64,000 nucleotides of DNA from Mobula hypostoma (lineage: Eukaryota): positions 9,982,001 through 10,046,000 of the forward strand of contig NC_086108.1 of NCBI RefSeq assembly GCF_963921235.1. The letters run 5' to 3'. Below are positions 37,675-50,529 of this stretch, piece by piece. How positions within the stretch are numbered: the stretch's first letter is position 1; every line of letters starts with the position of its first letter. Made by a program: the position numbers and the translations under genes. The notes under the pieces were generated by a model. That model saw only the letters and a list, made by a program, of their open reading frames with translations. It made no database searches and had not been told where the DNA came from.

Positions 37675-39193
37675 AATGAATGAATGAATTAATTAATTAA
37701 TTAAACTTATTTCGGTCAGTACAAACATAACAAGAAGCATCATTTTCAATGATGATTTCATAACGATCATTTCATGGGACAAAATTACAACAAAAAGACA
37801 TAGGTATTCCTTAAAACAGACTGAAAGGGTGTAGGATGAAGCTACAGCTTATTACGCCTACCCCTCTTACTTATACAACATATTTGGTGTCAATCATCAC
37901 ATCAAAACAAAAAATTTCATAATCTTTTAACACAAAATTCGGTTTCAAGTATCATTTATTTACATTACTCCCATTCATTTTAAATCATGTATTTTATATT
38001 TGTTCATTAAATTATTTTAAAATATTTTTTAAACTTTTTAAGTGTGGTGCATGTTTTTAAATTCTCACTACAACTGTTCTATAGATTCACCCCTCTGACT
38101 GAAACACAATGATTTTTTACATTTCTTCTTATCCTTTGTTTTTGAAATATACATGTTCCTCTCAGATCATGTTGACTTTCTCTCATCTTAAATAACCTTT
38201 GGATACTTTGTGGTAGCTGTCCATTTTTTACTTCTTACGTAATTTGTATTATTTTAAAATCTACAAAATCTCTGAATTTTAAAGTGTTTAGTTGAATAAA
38301 TAGTGGATTGGTTGGCTCATAATAACTTGCCTTATTTACAATTCGTATGACTTTCTTTTGGAGTAGAAAAATTGAGTTTGTATTTGTTTTGTATGTATTT
38401 CCCCATACCTCTACACAGTAAGTCACGTATGGGACTATAAGTGAACAGTATAATGTATACAAAGATTCCTGATTTAAGGAATCTTGTGCTTTGTACAGTA
38501 TTGCAGTAGATTTTGACATTTTTGCTTTGACAAATTATATATGGTTTCCAGCTTAATTTATTATCTATTACCACTCCTAAAAATTTTGTTTCAGATACCT
38601 TATCAACTTCAACATCATTTATTCTAAGTTTACTATATGAGTTTGGTACACAGTTTCCAAATATTATGAATTTAGTTTTACTTAGATTCAGTGATAATTT
38701 GTTAGTATCAAACCATTTCTTTATAATTTTAAGTTCTTTCTCCACTGTATCCAAAAGTTGTTTCAGATGTTCCCCACTACAAAATATAGTTGTATCATTG
38801 GTACATAATATACAGTTTAATGTCTGTTTAATGTTTATATACAAAATGAACAGCAATGGACCAAGCACTGAACCTTGTGGAACCCTACAAGTTACCCTCA
38901 AAAATTTTGAATTCGAGTTGTTTATATGTACATACTGATACCTGTCTTTCAAATAATTACTTAACCAGTCATGTGCCACCCCTCTAATACCATACCTTTC
39001 TAATTTTGTTAATAATAATTTATTGTCAATGGTGTCAAATGCTTTTTAGATCAAGGAATATTCCCACTGTGTATTCATTTCTTTCTATAGCGTTTGATGT
39101 TTCTTCTGCAAAATCTATTAACATTATTGTAGTGGTTCTGTTTTTTTCTGAAACCATATTGCTGTTCATAGAGTATATTATGTTTTATCATTT
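37675..39193 (-). mobile_element. L2-group LINE (Crack/Daphne-like) RT + 3' end
   Basis: DWLSNYLKDRYQYV...[17 protein letters not shown]...WFDTNKLSLNLSKTKFIIF...KFLGVVIDNKLSWK, LYCSLIVPYVTYCVEVWG; 3' stem-loop GGGGTAGGCG...CCTACACCC, CCGAAATAA and (ATTC)n tail. Confidence 0.88.
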
Positions 39194-39194
39194 A

Positions 39195-39302
39195 GGAGAG
39201 AGATACAGTATATACACTCAGAACCAGGAAGAGAGAGATACATAAACAGAGACGGAGATGCACACAGAAACACAGAGAGAGAGATACACACAAAGAAACA
39301 GG

Positions 39303-39346
<44 letters not shown>

Positions 39347-39691
39347 CACACAGAAACAGAGAGAGATGCTCAAAGAAAGAGAGAGAGATACACACACAGA
39401 AACAGAGAGAAAAATATACCCACAGAAACCGAGAGAGAACGAGAGAGATACACACAGAAACTCAGAGAGAGATACAGACAGAAACAGAGGGAGGAGGGAG
39501 CGAGAAAGAGAGATACATACAGAAACAGAGAGAGAGAGACACACACACATAGAAACAGAGAGAGAGAGATAGACACATGGAAAGACAGTGAGAGATATAG
39601 ATATAGAGACAGAGATGGAAGTAGAGCGAGTCGCAGAGAGAGACAGAGACAGAGATAGATAGCGAGAGATAGAGACAGGGCTACAGATACA

Positions 39692-39730
<39 letters not shown>

Positions 39731-40360
39731 CCCCTCGGAGAGACAGATAGAGTGAGAGAGAGAGACAGAGGCAGAGAGAGTAAAAGGGACACACACACAC
39801 ACCCAGACAAACACACAGAAATAGAGAGGCAGCAGTAAAGGCAGGTAGAAAGAGAGACAGGGGGACAGAGGACAGGGCTACAGACCTACAGACATGCACA
39901 GAAACATACACATATAGAAACAGAGAGAGAGACAGATAGAGAGATAGTGGAAGAGAGACATAGAGAGAGTCACCCAGTGAGACATTCAGAGAGAAACACA
40001 GAAAGACGGAGAAAGTGAACTTCAAGGGGGATGAAGAGAAGAGAGTTGAAGGAAGGGAAGGAGAGAGGGAGAGGAAGAAATTTATAGAAAGGAGTCTGGG
40101 AGGCAGGGAACAAGAGAGACAGAGAGAGGGGGGAGAGAGAGGGAGAGAGAGGGGGGAGAGAGAGGGAGAGAGAGAGGGGGAGAGAGAGAGGGAGAGAGAG
40201 AGAGTGGGGAGAGAGAGAGAGTTAGAGAGAGAGGAGGGAGAGAGAGAGAGAGAAAGAAAGGGGAGAGAGAGAGGGGGAGAGAGAGAGAGAGAGAGGGAGA
40301 GAGAGAGGAGAGAGGAGGAGGGAGGGGGGAGAGAGGGGGGGGGAGAGAGAGAGAGAGTTG
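39195..40360. repeat. AG/AC-rich low-complexity tract with (GA)n, (CA)n and polypurine stretch
   Basis: Continuation of the 36485-37670 tract on the far side of the LINE. Confidence 0.92.
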
Positions 40361-40847
40361 CTGAATGAGACAGAGGGACAGATTCATGTGTGACCAGAAA
40401 CAGACAGATGTAATGGAGAGAGGAAGAGGCATCTGGAATGTGGGAGGCAGGCAGAACAGAGAGGGACACACAGAGGGAGAGGAACAAGCAGATAGGGAGA
40501 TGAAAGGGTGACTGAGAAGCACACAGCCAGCTTGTGCAGGAGCCAGAGGGGATAGGAAAAAGGGGGAAGAGAGAGGAGAGTACACAGTACAGTATCATTA
40601 ATATCCTCTTCAGCAAGGTGTTGATCTGACAATTGTGCAAGAATCAACAGATACTGCTGGCCAGCCCCTCCGACTAAGAGAGCAAGGGCCTCGCTGTCTG
40701 TGCAGGACCCCCCTAGAAAAAAAAACATCAGCCATTATTTGGATTCTACAGGTAACTCCTACCCCAGGAATGAATCTCTCCTTACATACAGGAGTAGAGA
40801 CACATTGCCAGCTGAATTCTGGCCTGAGAAGGACTGAGGTGAAGTAT

Positions 40848-40891
40848 TTTGTGTGTGTGTGTGTTTTTGTGTGTTCATTTGTGTGTGTGTT

Positions 40892-40922
<31 letters not shown>

Positions 40923-41121
40923 TTTTGTGTGTTCATTTGTGTGTGTGTTCGTTTGTGTGTGTGTGTGTGTATGTTTTTGTGTGTTCATTTGTGTGTGTGT
41001 GTTCGTTTGTGTGTGTGTGTATGTTTTTGTGTGCGTGTGTGTGTGTGTGTATGTTTTTGTGTGCGTGTGTGTGTGTGTGTGTGTTCGTTTGTGTGTGTGT
41101 GTATGTTTTTGTGTGTGTTTT

Positions 41122-41154
<33 letters not shown>

Positions 41155-41165
41155 TTGTGTGTGTG
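40848..41165. repeat. Compound (GT)n microsatellite
   Basis: (GT)n punctuated by TTTTT, TTCATT and TTCGTT. Confidence 0.95.
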
Positions 41166-41836
41166 GTGGGGGCGTTGTCACAGTACAGAGTATGGATCAC
41201 CCACATGTGTGAAGTCAACACTAGATGCTTTTGACAGTGGTCACTCCCATCTCCCACCCACCACATACTCAGAAATCGATCCTCAGTGACTCAGCGTGAC
41301 TGCCTCCAACATCCGAACTTGCATTGCAATCATTTTTCATGATATGGGTTTTGTTTTGGTATACAATTGATAATTTTCTTGAATTTTTCTTGTAGTTTAA
41401 CATTCCTATGCTTTCTTGTATTTTTATATAATCAAAGTTGAAAGTTCAAAGTAATTTTATTATCAAAGTACGTATTTGTCACCATATACAGCCCTGAGGT
41501 TCAATTTCCTGTGGGCATACTCAGCAAATCCGCAGAATAATAACCATAACAGGGTCAATGAAAGACCACCCAACTAGGGGTTCAGCAAAAGTTCAGGAGA
41601 CAGCAAAATGTTCAAATGCAAAAAGAAGAAATAATAATAACAAATAAATAAGTAATAAATATCAAGAACATGAGACAAAGGGTTCATGAAACTGAATCCA
41701 TTGGTTGTGGGCTCAATGAGGGGGCGAGTGAAATTGAGTGAAGTTATCCCCCCCTGGTTTGAGCCTGATGGTTGAGGGGTATCACCCAAATCTGCATTAT
41801 ACAGTACATTGTACAGTATATTGAAGGAAAACAGCT

Positions 41837-42118
41837 GGTGCGTGGCCAAGTAGTTAAGGCATTCGTCTAGTGATCTGAAGGTTGCTAGTTCGAGCCTCAG
41901 CTGAGGCAGTGTGTTGTGTCCTTGAGCAAGGCACTTTACCACACATTGCTCTGCGACGACACCGGTGCCAAGCTGTATCGGCCCTAGTGCCCTTCCCTTG
42001 GACACCATCGGTGGAGTGGAGAGGGGAGACTTGCAGCATGGGCAACTACTGGTCTTCCATACAATCCTGCCATGGCCTGCACCCTGGAAACCGCGTGAGA
42101 CTAACGGATGCCTATTAA
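41837..42118 (+). mobile_element. tRNA-derived CORE-type SINE (second copy)
   Basis: Head, CORE and body near-identical to 13632-13870; different 3' tail; possible degenerate TSD GGAAAACA. Confidence 0.88.
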
Positions 42119-42317
42119 CTAATTAGAGGGAAAACAAGGGAAAACAACAACATAGTGAAGAATAAAGTGAAATGGCTGGAGGGAACATGCAGACAGGTAG
42201 ACAGTAAGCTGCAAGGTAGATTATGAGGTCCAAAATCCATCTTATTATACAAAGGTAATACACACAATATGTTGGATGAAGTCAGCACCTCAGACAGCAT
42301 CTATGGAGGTGAGTGAA

Positions 42318-42355
42318 CTGTCAACATTTCGGACCAAGGCTCTTCATCAGGACAG
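42318..42355 (-). ncRNA. Minimal hammerhead ribozyme motif (Penelope pLTR)
   Basis: Minus strand CTGTC-CTGATGA-AGAGCCTTGGTCC-GAAATGTT-GACAG; perfect 5-bp stem I. Confidence 0.6.
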
Positions 42356-42839
42356 ATGATGAGACCCTTCATTATGTCATGGTCCAAAATGATGACTGCT
42401 TATTCACCTCCATAGATGTTACATGACCTACTGAGTTCCTCCAGTATTTCAAAGTTCAAAGTTCAAAGTAAATTTTATTATCAACGTACTTATATGTCAC
42501 AATATAAAATCCTGAGATTCATTTCCTTGTGGGCATACTCAGCAAATCTATAGAACAGGATCAATGAAACAACTTATGTACATGTAATTGGTCAGTGAAT
42601 TTTCTGGTAGTTGTGGTATGGTTGCTTCTGTATTTTTCTAGAAACAGCAGGTTTCGCACCATTTGAATCTCGCTGTTTTGTAGGCTGGCTGTTTTCATTG
42701 GAACGTTACTATCCTTTCAGCTGGAGTTGGTTTTCATAGAGGATGACCACAATCTCTTTGTTACTCTGCTCTTCATTGTTCATTCTTTGTTCTTGTTCAG
42801 ATCCAAGTGTCACCAAAGAAAGCTGAACTGAAAGGATTA

Positions 42840-43635
42840 CACTGGACAACAAAGATTTTGCTTCCTGAATACTTTTGATTGTATCTTATGGACTTTGGGC
42901 TGTGGATTATAAAAATCACCTTGAAATATCTTATCATGCACCACTTTCTTGAAATTGCCTATATTTGTTATTTCAATTCGTAATTCCATTTCAATTAAAA
43001 TGTTGCCAGCAATGTAAGCTGAAAAGTTTTCTGTCTTGTCCAAGCATGCCCAGGTGGAGCGGATGGCAGGACAGGACAGATTTTAGAAAGGCTATAAATT
43101 TCTGTAAAGGATTTTGATATTTGAGACAGATGTTTCTCAGAATAATTGATACCAAGATTAAGGAAGGCATTTCTGTTGGTTCACAAATCGAATAGGTTAT
43201 CAATGACAGACAATTTGAAGAACTTCTAGTGGGACCGGAGAAAATCACATGGAAGGAATTCAAGGATGTTGTTAAAAATTTACTTGGCAATCACAGAGCA
43301 CCAAATTACGTGCGGCTGGTTGACAACATGCTTCAAGCACATAAAACCATGAAGTGCAAACATGTCACTAAAGATTCATTTTGTGTGTTCCCATTTAGGC
43401 TTCTTCCCTGCAAATCTTGGTGCTGTCAGTGACGAGCATGGTGAAAGGTTTCACCAGGACATTGTGGTCATGGAGAAACGGTATCAGGGCAACTGGAATC
43501 CAACAATATTTTTTCTAAATTCCTAATGATACAAATAGTCTGAAATTATATTTAGTTTTCAGAATCAAGTACAGTATCTATCATAAACACAAAATTCTGA
43601 AGAAGAACATATTTGAAAAAAAATGTTGTCCAGTG
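42840..43635 (+). mobile_element. Internally deleted Chapaev3-like (CMC) DNA transposon
   Basis: Perfect TIRs CACTGGACAACA / TGTTGTCCAGTG, TTA on both flanks; transposase relic KIKEGISVGSQI, WKEFKDVVKNLLGNHRAPNY, NLGAVSDEHGERFHQDIVVMEKRYQGNW. Confidence 0.85.
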
Positions 43636-43792
43636 TTATTGGTGAAGAAGTAATGCTATTCACAAGACCCCTCTGCTGATGATTGAAGGAGGAATTACTG
43701 GGCTGCAAGCTGCCAAACTGATTTTTGCAATTTAGAATGTTTGGGGTTTTCTTCTGAATCCCTAGTCAGTAACTGTTGGATATGCTGACCTA

Positions 43793-44110
43793 AGTTTCCA
43801 GGGTTGCTTGCAAAGCCTGGAGGTTAGGTCACAAACGTTTCATCACCAGTTGAGGTGACATCATTAGTGTGCAATTGAGTGTTGTTTCCACCAAATGCTC
43901 GCATTTACATTGTCTGACTTGTTGTAATTACCAATCAGAACAATGGATTGGACCAAAATAAACAGGAGCACACAGAGGAGCCCACACTCAGTTGCATGTT
44001 GATGATGCGACCTTGATGGTGATGACACATTTACGACCTAGCCTCTAGACTCAGTGAACAACCCCACAACATGCAGCCAACCTGAACTACCAATCTTCTC
44101 TTTCATTGCA
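43793..44110. mobile_element. Inverted pair of second-family Penelope pseudo-LTRs
   Basis: Minus-strand motif CTAATGA-TGTCACC-TCAACT-GGTGAT-GAAACGTT (43830-43872) and a decayed plus-strand copy at ~43998-44100; ATGCTGACCTA at 43782-43792 and 44111-44121. Confidence 0.7.
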
Positions 44111-44164
44111 ATGCTGACCTAGGTCTGGTTCAGGTATCTAATGGCCTGTGTTCTTTGGATATGA

Positions 44165-44808
44165 CTAAGAGATAGGAGCAGAATTAGGCCATTCGACCCA
44201 TTGAGTCCACTCTGCCATTTCATCATGGCTGATCCATTTTCCTCTCTGCCCAATCTCCCTTCTTCTCCCCGTATCCTGTCATATCCTGATAAATGAAGAA
44301 GCTATCAACCTTATCCCTAAATTATCCAACGACTTGGCTTCCACAGTGACCTGTGGAAACGAATTCCACAGATTCACCACTCTCTGGCTAAAAAAAAAAT
44401 CCTCTTCGTCTTCGTTCTAAATGGACATCTATCTATTCTGAGGCTGTGCCCTCTGGTCTTTGACTCCCCCACTATAAGAGACATCCTCTCCATATCCACT
44501 CTATCAGGGCCTTTCACCATTCGATACGTTTCAATGAGATCCCCCTTCATTCTTCTGAATTCCAGTCAGTACAGGCTCAGAGACATCACTCCTCATATGT
44601 TAACACTTTCACTCTTGGGATCATTCTTGAGAACCTCCTATGAACCCTCTCCAATATCCTTTCTCAGATAAGGGGCACAAAACTGCTCACAATACTCCGA
44701 GTGAGGCCTCACCATTGCTTTAAATAGCCTCAGCATTACACTCCTACTTCCATATTCTAGTCCTCTTGAAATGAATGCTAACATTGCATTCACCTTCCTC
44801 ACCACTGA
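44165..44808 (-). mobile_element. CR1 LINE 3' portion, decayed
   Basis: Reverse complement of CR1 ORF2 end (AFISRGLEY, EFRRMKGDLIETY, FFSQRVVNLWNS) and 3'UTR. Confidence 0.88.
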
Positions 44809-45009
44809 CAGGGGATAGTTTACAACACCACCCCTTCAATCCTGGGACTGGCTGTGGATGCAGAATGTTAGGCAGTTGAGATATCGACATCTCATTGGAA
44901 CATTATATCTGAGGTCAGAATGGACATCACCACTGCCGTTGGCCATTAATGGTGCGAGAAACCGAGAACAACTGGTGTAGTAATTGAAACATTAGACAAA
45001 GGCACAAAG

Positions 45010-45272
45010 GAAGGACTCCACCATGAATGATCTCAAGCCCAGCTGTGAAATGAAGAGGATTGGGTATGGGGCTAGCAGCCCCACCCTGTATAAGCCTGGA
45101 GCTACAGAAACACTGACAGAAGCTCCAAAGCCCTCATTCCTGGGAAAAGGAGGATGCACCAAGAGAATGGGCTGCACTTGGGGGCAACTCGAAAGACTGG
45201 CCCAGGACAGAGGAATCTGATGAGCTGCTGCCGGTGGTCTGTGCCCCATTAGGGGTGATGGGCTGAAGAAAA
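45010..45272 (+). mobile_element. RTE LINE-derived fragment
   Basis: KRMGCTWGQLERLAQDRGI*..AAGGLCP, an RTE C-terminal motif. Confidence 0.65.
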
Positions 45273-45719
45273 TGAAGAAGTGCAGGAGAAAGGGACAATC
45301 AGGAAAGGTGAAAGCAGATCAGGGCCGATTGTTGTGGGTGAGCATGTACTGCCCCACTTTACAGGGAGCTGTATGCTGCCTTGACATGGGGCAGACATCA
45401 GGGACCATCCCCACCTCTGACCTTACAATGCAAGGAAGGTCACCGATGGCTGGGTTTGACAGACCTGTCAACCCAGCTTCAGGCTTGGCAAACAACCCGA
45501 GAATCTAGGTCAGCATGTCCCCAGCCAACTCCCATCATGTGAGATATGTCAGAGGCGTCTGAGCAATGCCCATTCACGTTTCACCAGGGCTCCTAGTTGG
45601 TCAGCGGCGGCTGTGACCTTGGGGGCACGTTCACCTGCAGAGCTCAGCTGTTGGTTTGTGTACAGTGTGGTAAAGGCCAACTGCTCTACAATTAACCTAC
45701 TCCAAGATCAACTTAACCC

Positions 45720-46070
45720 TTGGCCAGACTTATCCACAAGGATCCATGAACATCAACTGGCTGTAAAGCGGAGTGACCAACTGTGAAGATCAAGAGGGGC
45801 ACAAATTCGACTGGGTATCAGTGAAAGCCATATGACGCAGGCGAACACGCGGCATGTAGGAGAATTCCTAGAGGTGCCATTTTCCATGAGTAATTCTGTA
45901 AACAGACATGTAGACCTCGATCCTATTTATGAGCCAATGCCAGCAAAAGTCCAGGCCTAACGCACAATATTTGCCACACAACCAATCAACGAGGAGACTT
46001 GCTCCCTACATCACAATTGAGTTTCTGTAATAATAATCAATCAGTGATGAAACTTCCTCCTTACATCACA
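45720..46070 (+). mobile_element. Penelope GIY-YIG C-terminal relic; its pLTR resumes at ~49057-49235 after the CR1
   Basis: LSTRIHEHQLAVKR, EGHKFDW, QANTRHVGEFLE, NSVNRHVDLDPIYEP in shifting frames; hammerhead-like motif at 49126-49165. Confidence 0.8.
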
Positions 46071-46077
46071 ATTGAGC

Positions 46078-49056
46078 TTCCAAACTGAAGAGACAGAGGA
46101 AGGGGCAGTTGGCTCACAAATAGAGAAAGCTTGGAGACAATGTGAGAGGGAGGATGGGCAGGTGATAGAGAAGGCACGCGCTCAGACAGATGGTTTGAGA
46201 TGTGTCTATTTTAATGCAAGGAGTATTATGAACAAAGCGGATGAGCTTAGAGCGTGGATCAGTACTTGGAGCTATGATGTTGTCGCCATTACAGAGACTT
46301 GGTGGCTCAGGGGCAGGAATGGTTACTTCGAGTGTCAGGCTTTAGATGTTTCAGAAAGGACAGGGAGAGAGGTAAAAGAGGTGGGGGTGTGACACTGTTG
46401 ATCAGAGATAGTGTCACGGCTGTAGAAAAGGAGGGAGTCATGGAGGGATTGTCTACTGAGTCTCTGTGGGTGGAAGTTAGGAAGAGGAAGGGGTCAATAA
46501 CTGTATTGGGTGTTTTTTATAGACCACCCAATAGTAACAGGGACATCGACGAGCAGATAGGGAGACAGATTCTGGAAAGGTGTAATAATAACAGGGTTGT
46601 TGTGGTGAGAGATTTTAATTTTCCAAATATCAATTGGCATATCCCTAGAGCGAGGGGTTTAGATGGGGTGGAGTTTGTTAGGTGTGTTCAAGAATGTTTC
46701 TTGACACAATATGTAGATTAGCCTACTAGATGGAGAGGCTGGACTTGATCTGGTATTGGGAAATGAACCTGGTCAAGTGTCAGGTCTCTCAGTGGGAGAG
46801 CATTTTGGAGTTAGTGATCACAATTCTAGCTCCTTTACCATAGCATTGAAGAAGGATAGGAACAGACATGTTAGGAAAGTGTTTAATTGGAGTAAGGGGA
46901 AATATCAGGCTAGCGGGCAGGAACATAAGTTGGGAACAGATGTTCTCAGGGAACTGTATGGAAGAAATGTGGCAAATGTTCAGGGGATATTTCCGTGGAG
47001 TTCCAGGTGCATAGGTACGTTCCAAAGAGAGAGGGAAAGGATGGTAGGGTACAGGAACCGTGGTGTACAAAGGCTGTTGTAAATCTAGTCAAGAAGAAAA
47101 GAAGAGCTTACGAAAGGTTCAAAAAACTAGGTAATGATAGAGATCTAGAATATTGTAAGGCTAGCAGGAGGAGCGTAAGAAAGAAATTAGGAGAGCCAGA
47201 AGGGGCCATGAGGAAGCCTTGGTGGACAGGATTAAGGAATACCCCAAGGCATTCTACAATGATGTGAAGAGCAAGAGAATAAGATGTGAGAGAATAGGAC
47301 CAATCAAGTGTGATAGTGGAAAAATGTGTATGGAATCAGAGGAGGTAGCAGGGGTAATTAATGAATACTTTGCTTCAATATTCACTACGGAAAAGTACCT
47401 TGGCGATTGTAGGGATGACTTACAGCGGACTGAAATACTTAAACATGTAGATATTAAGAAAAAGAATGTGCTGGAGCATTTGGAAAGCATCAAGTTGGAT
47501 AAGTCAGCAGGACCAGACGAGATGTACCCGAGGCTACTGTGGGAGGCGAGGGAGGAGATTACTGAGCCTCTGGCGATGATCTTTGAATCATCAATGGGGA
47601 CTGGAGAAGTTTCTCAGAGGATTGGGGGGTTGAGGATGTTGTTCCATTATTCAAGAAAGGGAGTAGAGATAGCCCAGGAAATTATAGACCAGTGAGTCTT
47701 ACTTCAGTGGTTAGTAAGTTGATGAAGAAGATCCTGAGAGGCAGGATTTATGAACGTTTGGAGAGGCATAATATGATTAGGAATAGTCAGCATGGTTTTG
47801 TGAAAGGCAGATCGTGCATTACAAGCCTGGTTGAATTTTTTGAGGATGTGACTAAACACGTTCGTGAAGGTAGAGCAGTAGATGTAGTGTATCTGGATTT
47901 CAGCAAGGCATTTCACAAGTACCCCATGCAAGGCTTATTGAGAAAGTAAGAAGGCATGGGATCCAATTGGACATTGCTTTGTGGATCTGGAACTGGCTTG
48001 CCCACAGAAGGCAAAGAGTGGTTGTAGACAGGTCATATTCTGCATGGAGGTCGGTGACCAGTGGTGTGCCTCAGGGATCTGTTCTGGGACCCCTACTCTT
48101 CGTGAATTTTATAAGTGACCTGGATGGGGAAGTGGATGGATAGGTTAGTAAATTGCTGATGGCACAAAGGTTCGGGGTGTTGTGGATAGTGTGGAGGGCT
48201 GTCAGAGGTTACAGCGGGACATTGATAGGATGCAAAACTGGACTGGGAAGTGGCAGATGGAGTTCAACCCAGATAAGTGTGAGGTGGTTCATTTTGGTAG
48301 GTCAAATATGATGGCAGAATATAGCACTAATGGTAAGACTCTGGGCAGTGTGGAGGATCAGAGGGATCTTGGGGTCCGAGTGCATAGGATACTCAAAGCA
48401 GCTGCACAGGTTGACTCTGTGGTTAAGACAGCATACGGTGCATTGGCCTTCATCAATCGTGGGATTGAGTTTAGGAGCCGAGAGGTAATGTTGCAGCTAT
48501 ATAGGACCCTGGTCAGACCTCACTTGGAGTACTGTGCTCAGTTCTAGTCGCCTCACTACAGGAAGGATGTGGAAACCATAGAAAGGGTGCAGAGGTGATT
48601 TACAAGGATGGTGCCTGGATTGGGGAGCATGCCTTATGAGAATAGGTTGAGTGAACTCAGCCTTTTCTCCGTGGAGCAACGGAGGATGAGAGGTGACCTG
48701 ATAAAGGTCTATAAGATGATGAGAGGTATTGATCGTGTGGATAGTCAGAGGCTTTTTCTCAGGGCTGAAATGGCTAGCATGAGAGGGCACAGTTTTAGAG
48801 TGCTTGGAAGTAGGTACAGAGGAGATGTCAGGGGTAAGTTTTTTTACGCAGAGAATGGTGAGTGTGTGAATGGCTGCCAGCGATGGTGGTGGAGGCGGAT
48901 ATGATAAAGTGTTTTAAGAAACTCCTGGACAGGTACACGGAGCTCAGAAAAATTTAGGGCTATGGGTAACCCTAGGTAATTTCTAAGGTAAGGACATGTT
49001 TGGCACAGCTTTGTGGGCTGAAGGGCCTGTGTTGTGCTGTGGGTTTTCTACGTTTC
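46078..49056 (+). mobile_element. CR1 LINE with nearly complete but disabled ORF2 (APE endonuclease + RT)
   Basis: CVYFNARSIMNK...[70 protein letters not shown]; many frameshifts and stops; TTTCTA tail. Confidence 0.96.
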
Positions 49057-50529
49057 TATAATCAATAAGCTGATTGAAAAGTATATAAAAGCCAAACATT
49101 TGGAGGACACACCACAATTAACAGCGCACTGATGATGTCTCCTCATATGGTGATGTAACGTTTGCTAGTAAATTGCCAAGATCGGAGAACATCTCAACCC
49201 AACCATCAGCCACCTGAGTTACACGTTTTCCAAATGATTTCTAACCCTTTCCTCTCACATAGCCCTTCATTTTTCTTTCCTCCAGGTGTCTAAAATGCTC
49301 TTAAATGTTCCTGAGGTGCCCGGCCATATCACCATCTCCGGCAGTGCATTCCAAGCACTACCCACTCAGTTAAAAAAAAACACTGACTTTGCCCCTGTAC
49401 TTTCCTCCAATCATCATAAAAGTATGCTCATATTACCATTTTTAACCTGGGAAAAAATCTCCAAATGTCCACTCGATCTATGCCTTTTACCATCTTGTAC
49501 ACCTCTATTAAGACCAAAGAATTGATTGCAGACTTTAGGAGGGGTAAGATGAAGGAGCACACACCAGTCCTCATAGAGGGATCAAAAGTCGAAAGAGTGA
49601 GAAATTTCAAGTTCCTGAGCAGGCTACTGACATCTTTCTTGTACAAGTTAATTCACCAGATCAAACTTACCCTCCACTGTCTCATAATATCTCCTTTCTA
49701 ACTTTGAAAATACAGATGGCCTCCTCATAAGTTTGGAGTGATGAGTGACTGGAAGTGTTGGAGGAACTCAGCTCTGTTGGTCTGAAAGAACTACAGTCTA
49801 TAAATCAGTGAACTTGAATGAATCAAGGACAGTGCAAGGAGACAAAACAATTGTCTTTGTTCTTGCCATAAGCTTGAAGGAGATAAAGGTTGCCATTTTG
49901 TGAAGCTGCTCTGCATCCTTCATTTTGTGAACTGAAGTTGCAGACTGAAGTTGGTTAAATTAGTGTTTTAAAGTAGACACAATGATCCACCAGGTAATCT
50001 GATGGATTGAGATGATTTCCAATTAAGAAGTTATTTGTAAGGTGCTCTTTGATATAACGTGAAGGTTTGTGAATTTTGGAGAGGGCTAGCTTGGACTAGA
50101 GCCAATAAGAGGGCATTAAAGTTCAGTCAGATGACCTGCATCCAATAACACTGAAATGCACCATTTGAACTAGCAAAGAATGAATATAAAAGCAGACGCT
50201 TTGAGTGCTCTGGCAGTGATAATGCTCCAGCCACCAGAGACTCACCATCATGGATGTGGAGGACCCCATGGATGTGTGGAGATCAGGGGAATACATGGCC
50301 AGTATCAATTCCTTTTACTGGTTTTATCTATTCTATTCTTTGGAGGGTCAGGAATCCATAGTCGGTATGCACACATGTATTTGGTTGTGTAAATTCAGGC
50401 GTTCTTCTGTTGAGTCACTAAGGGTACTTGTTGGTAATTACAGATTCTCTCTGTGCCTCACTGATCATTATTACTAAGGGGTAGATCCTTGTAATAGCCC
50501 GAAATATCAACATTTCCTTTCGACCCCAC

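Noticed and set aside
36464..41289. Long hydrophobic or Cys/Val-rich ORFs (up to 372 aa)
   Set aside because: Artefacts of stop-poor GA/CA/GT low-complexity DNA.
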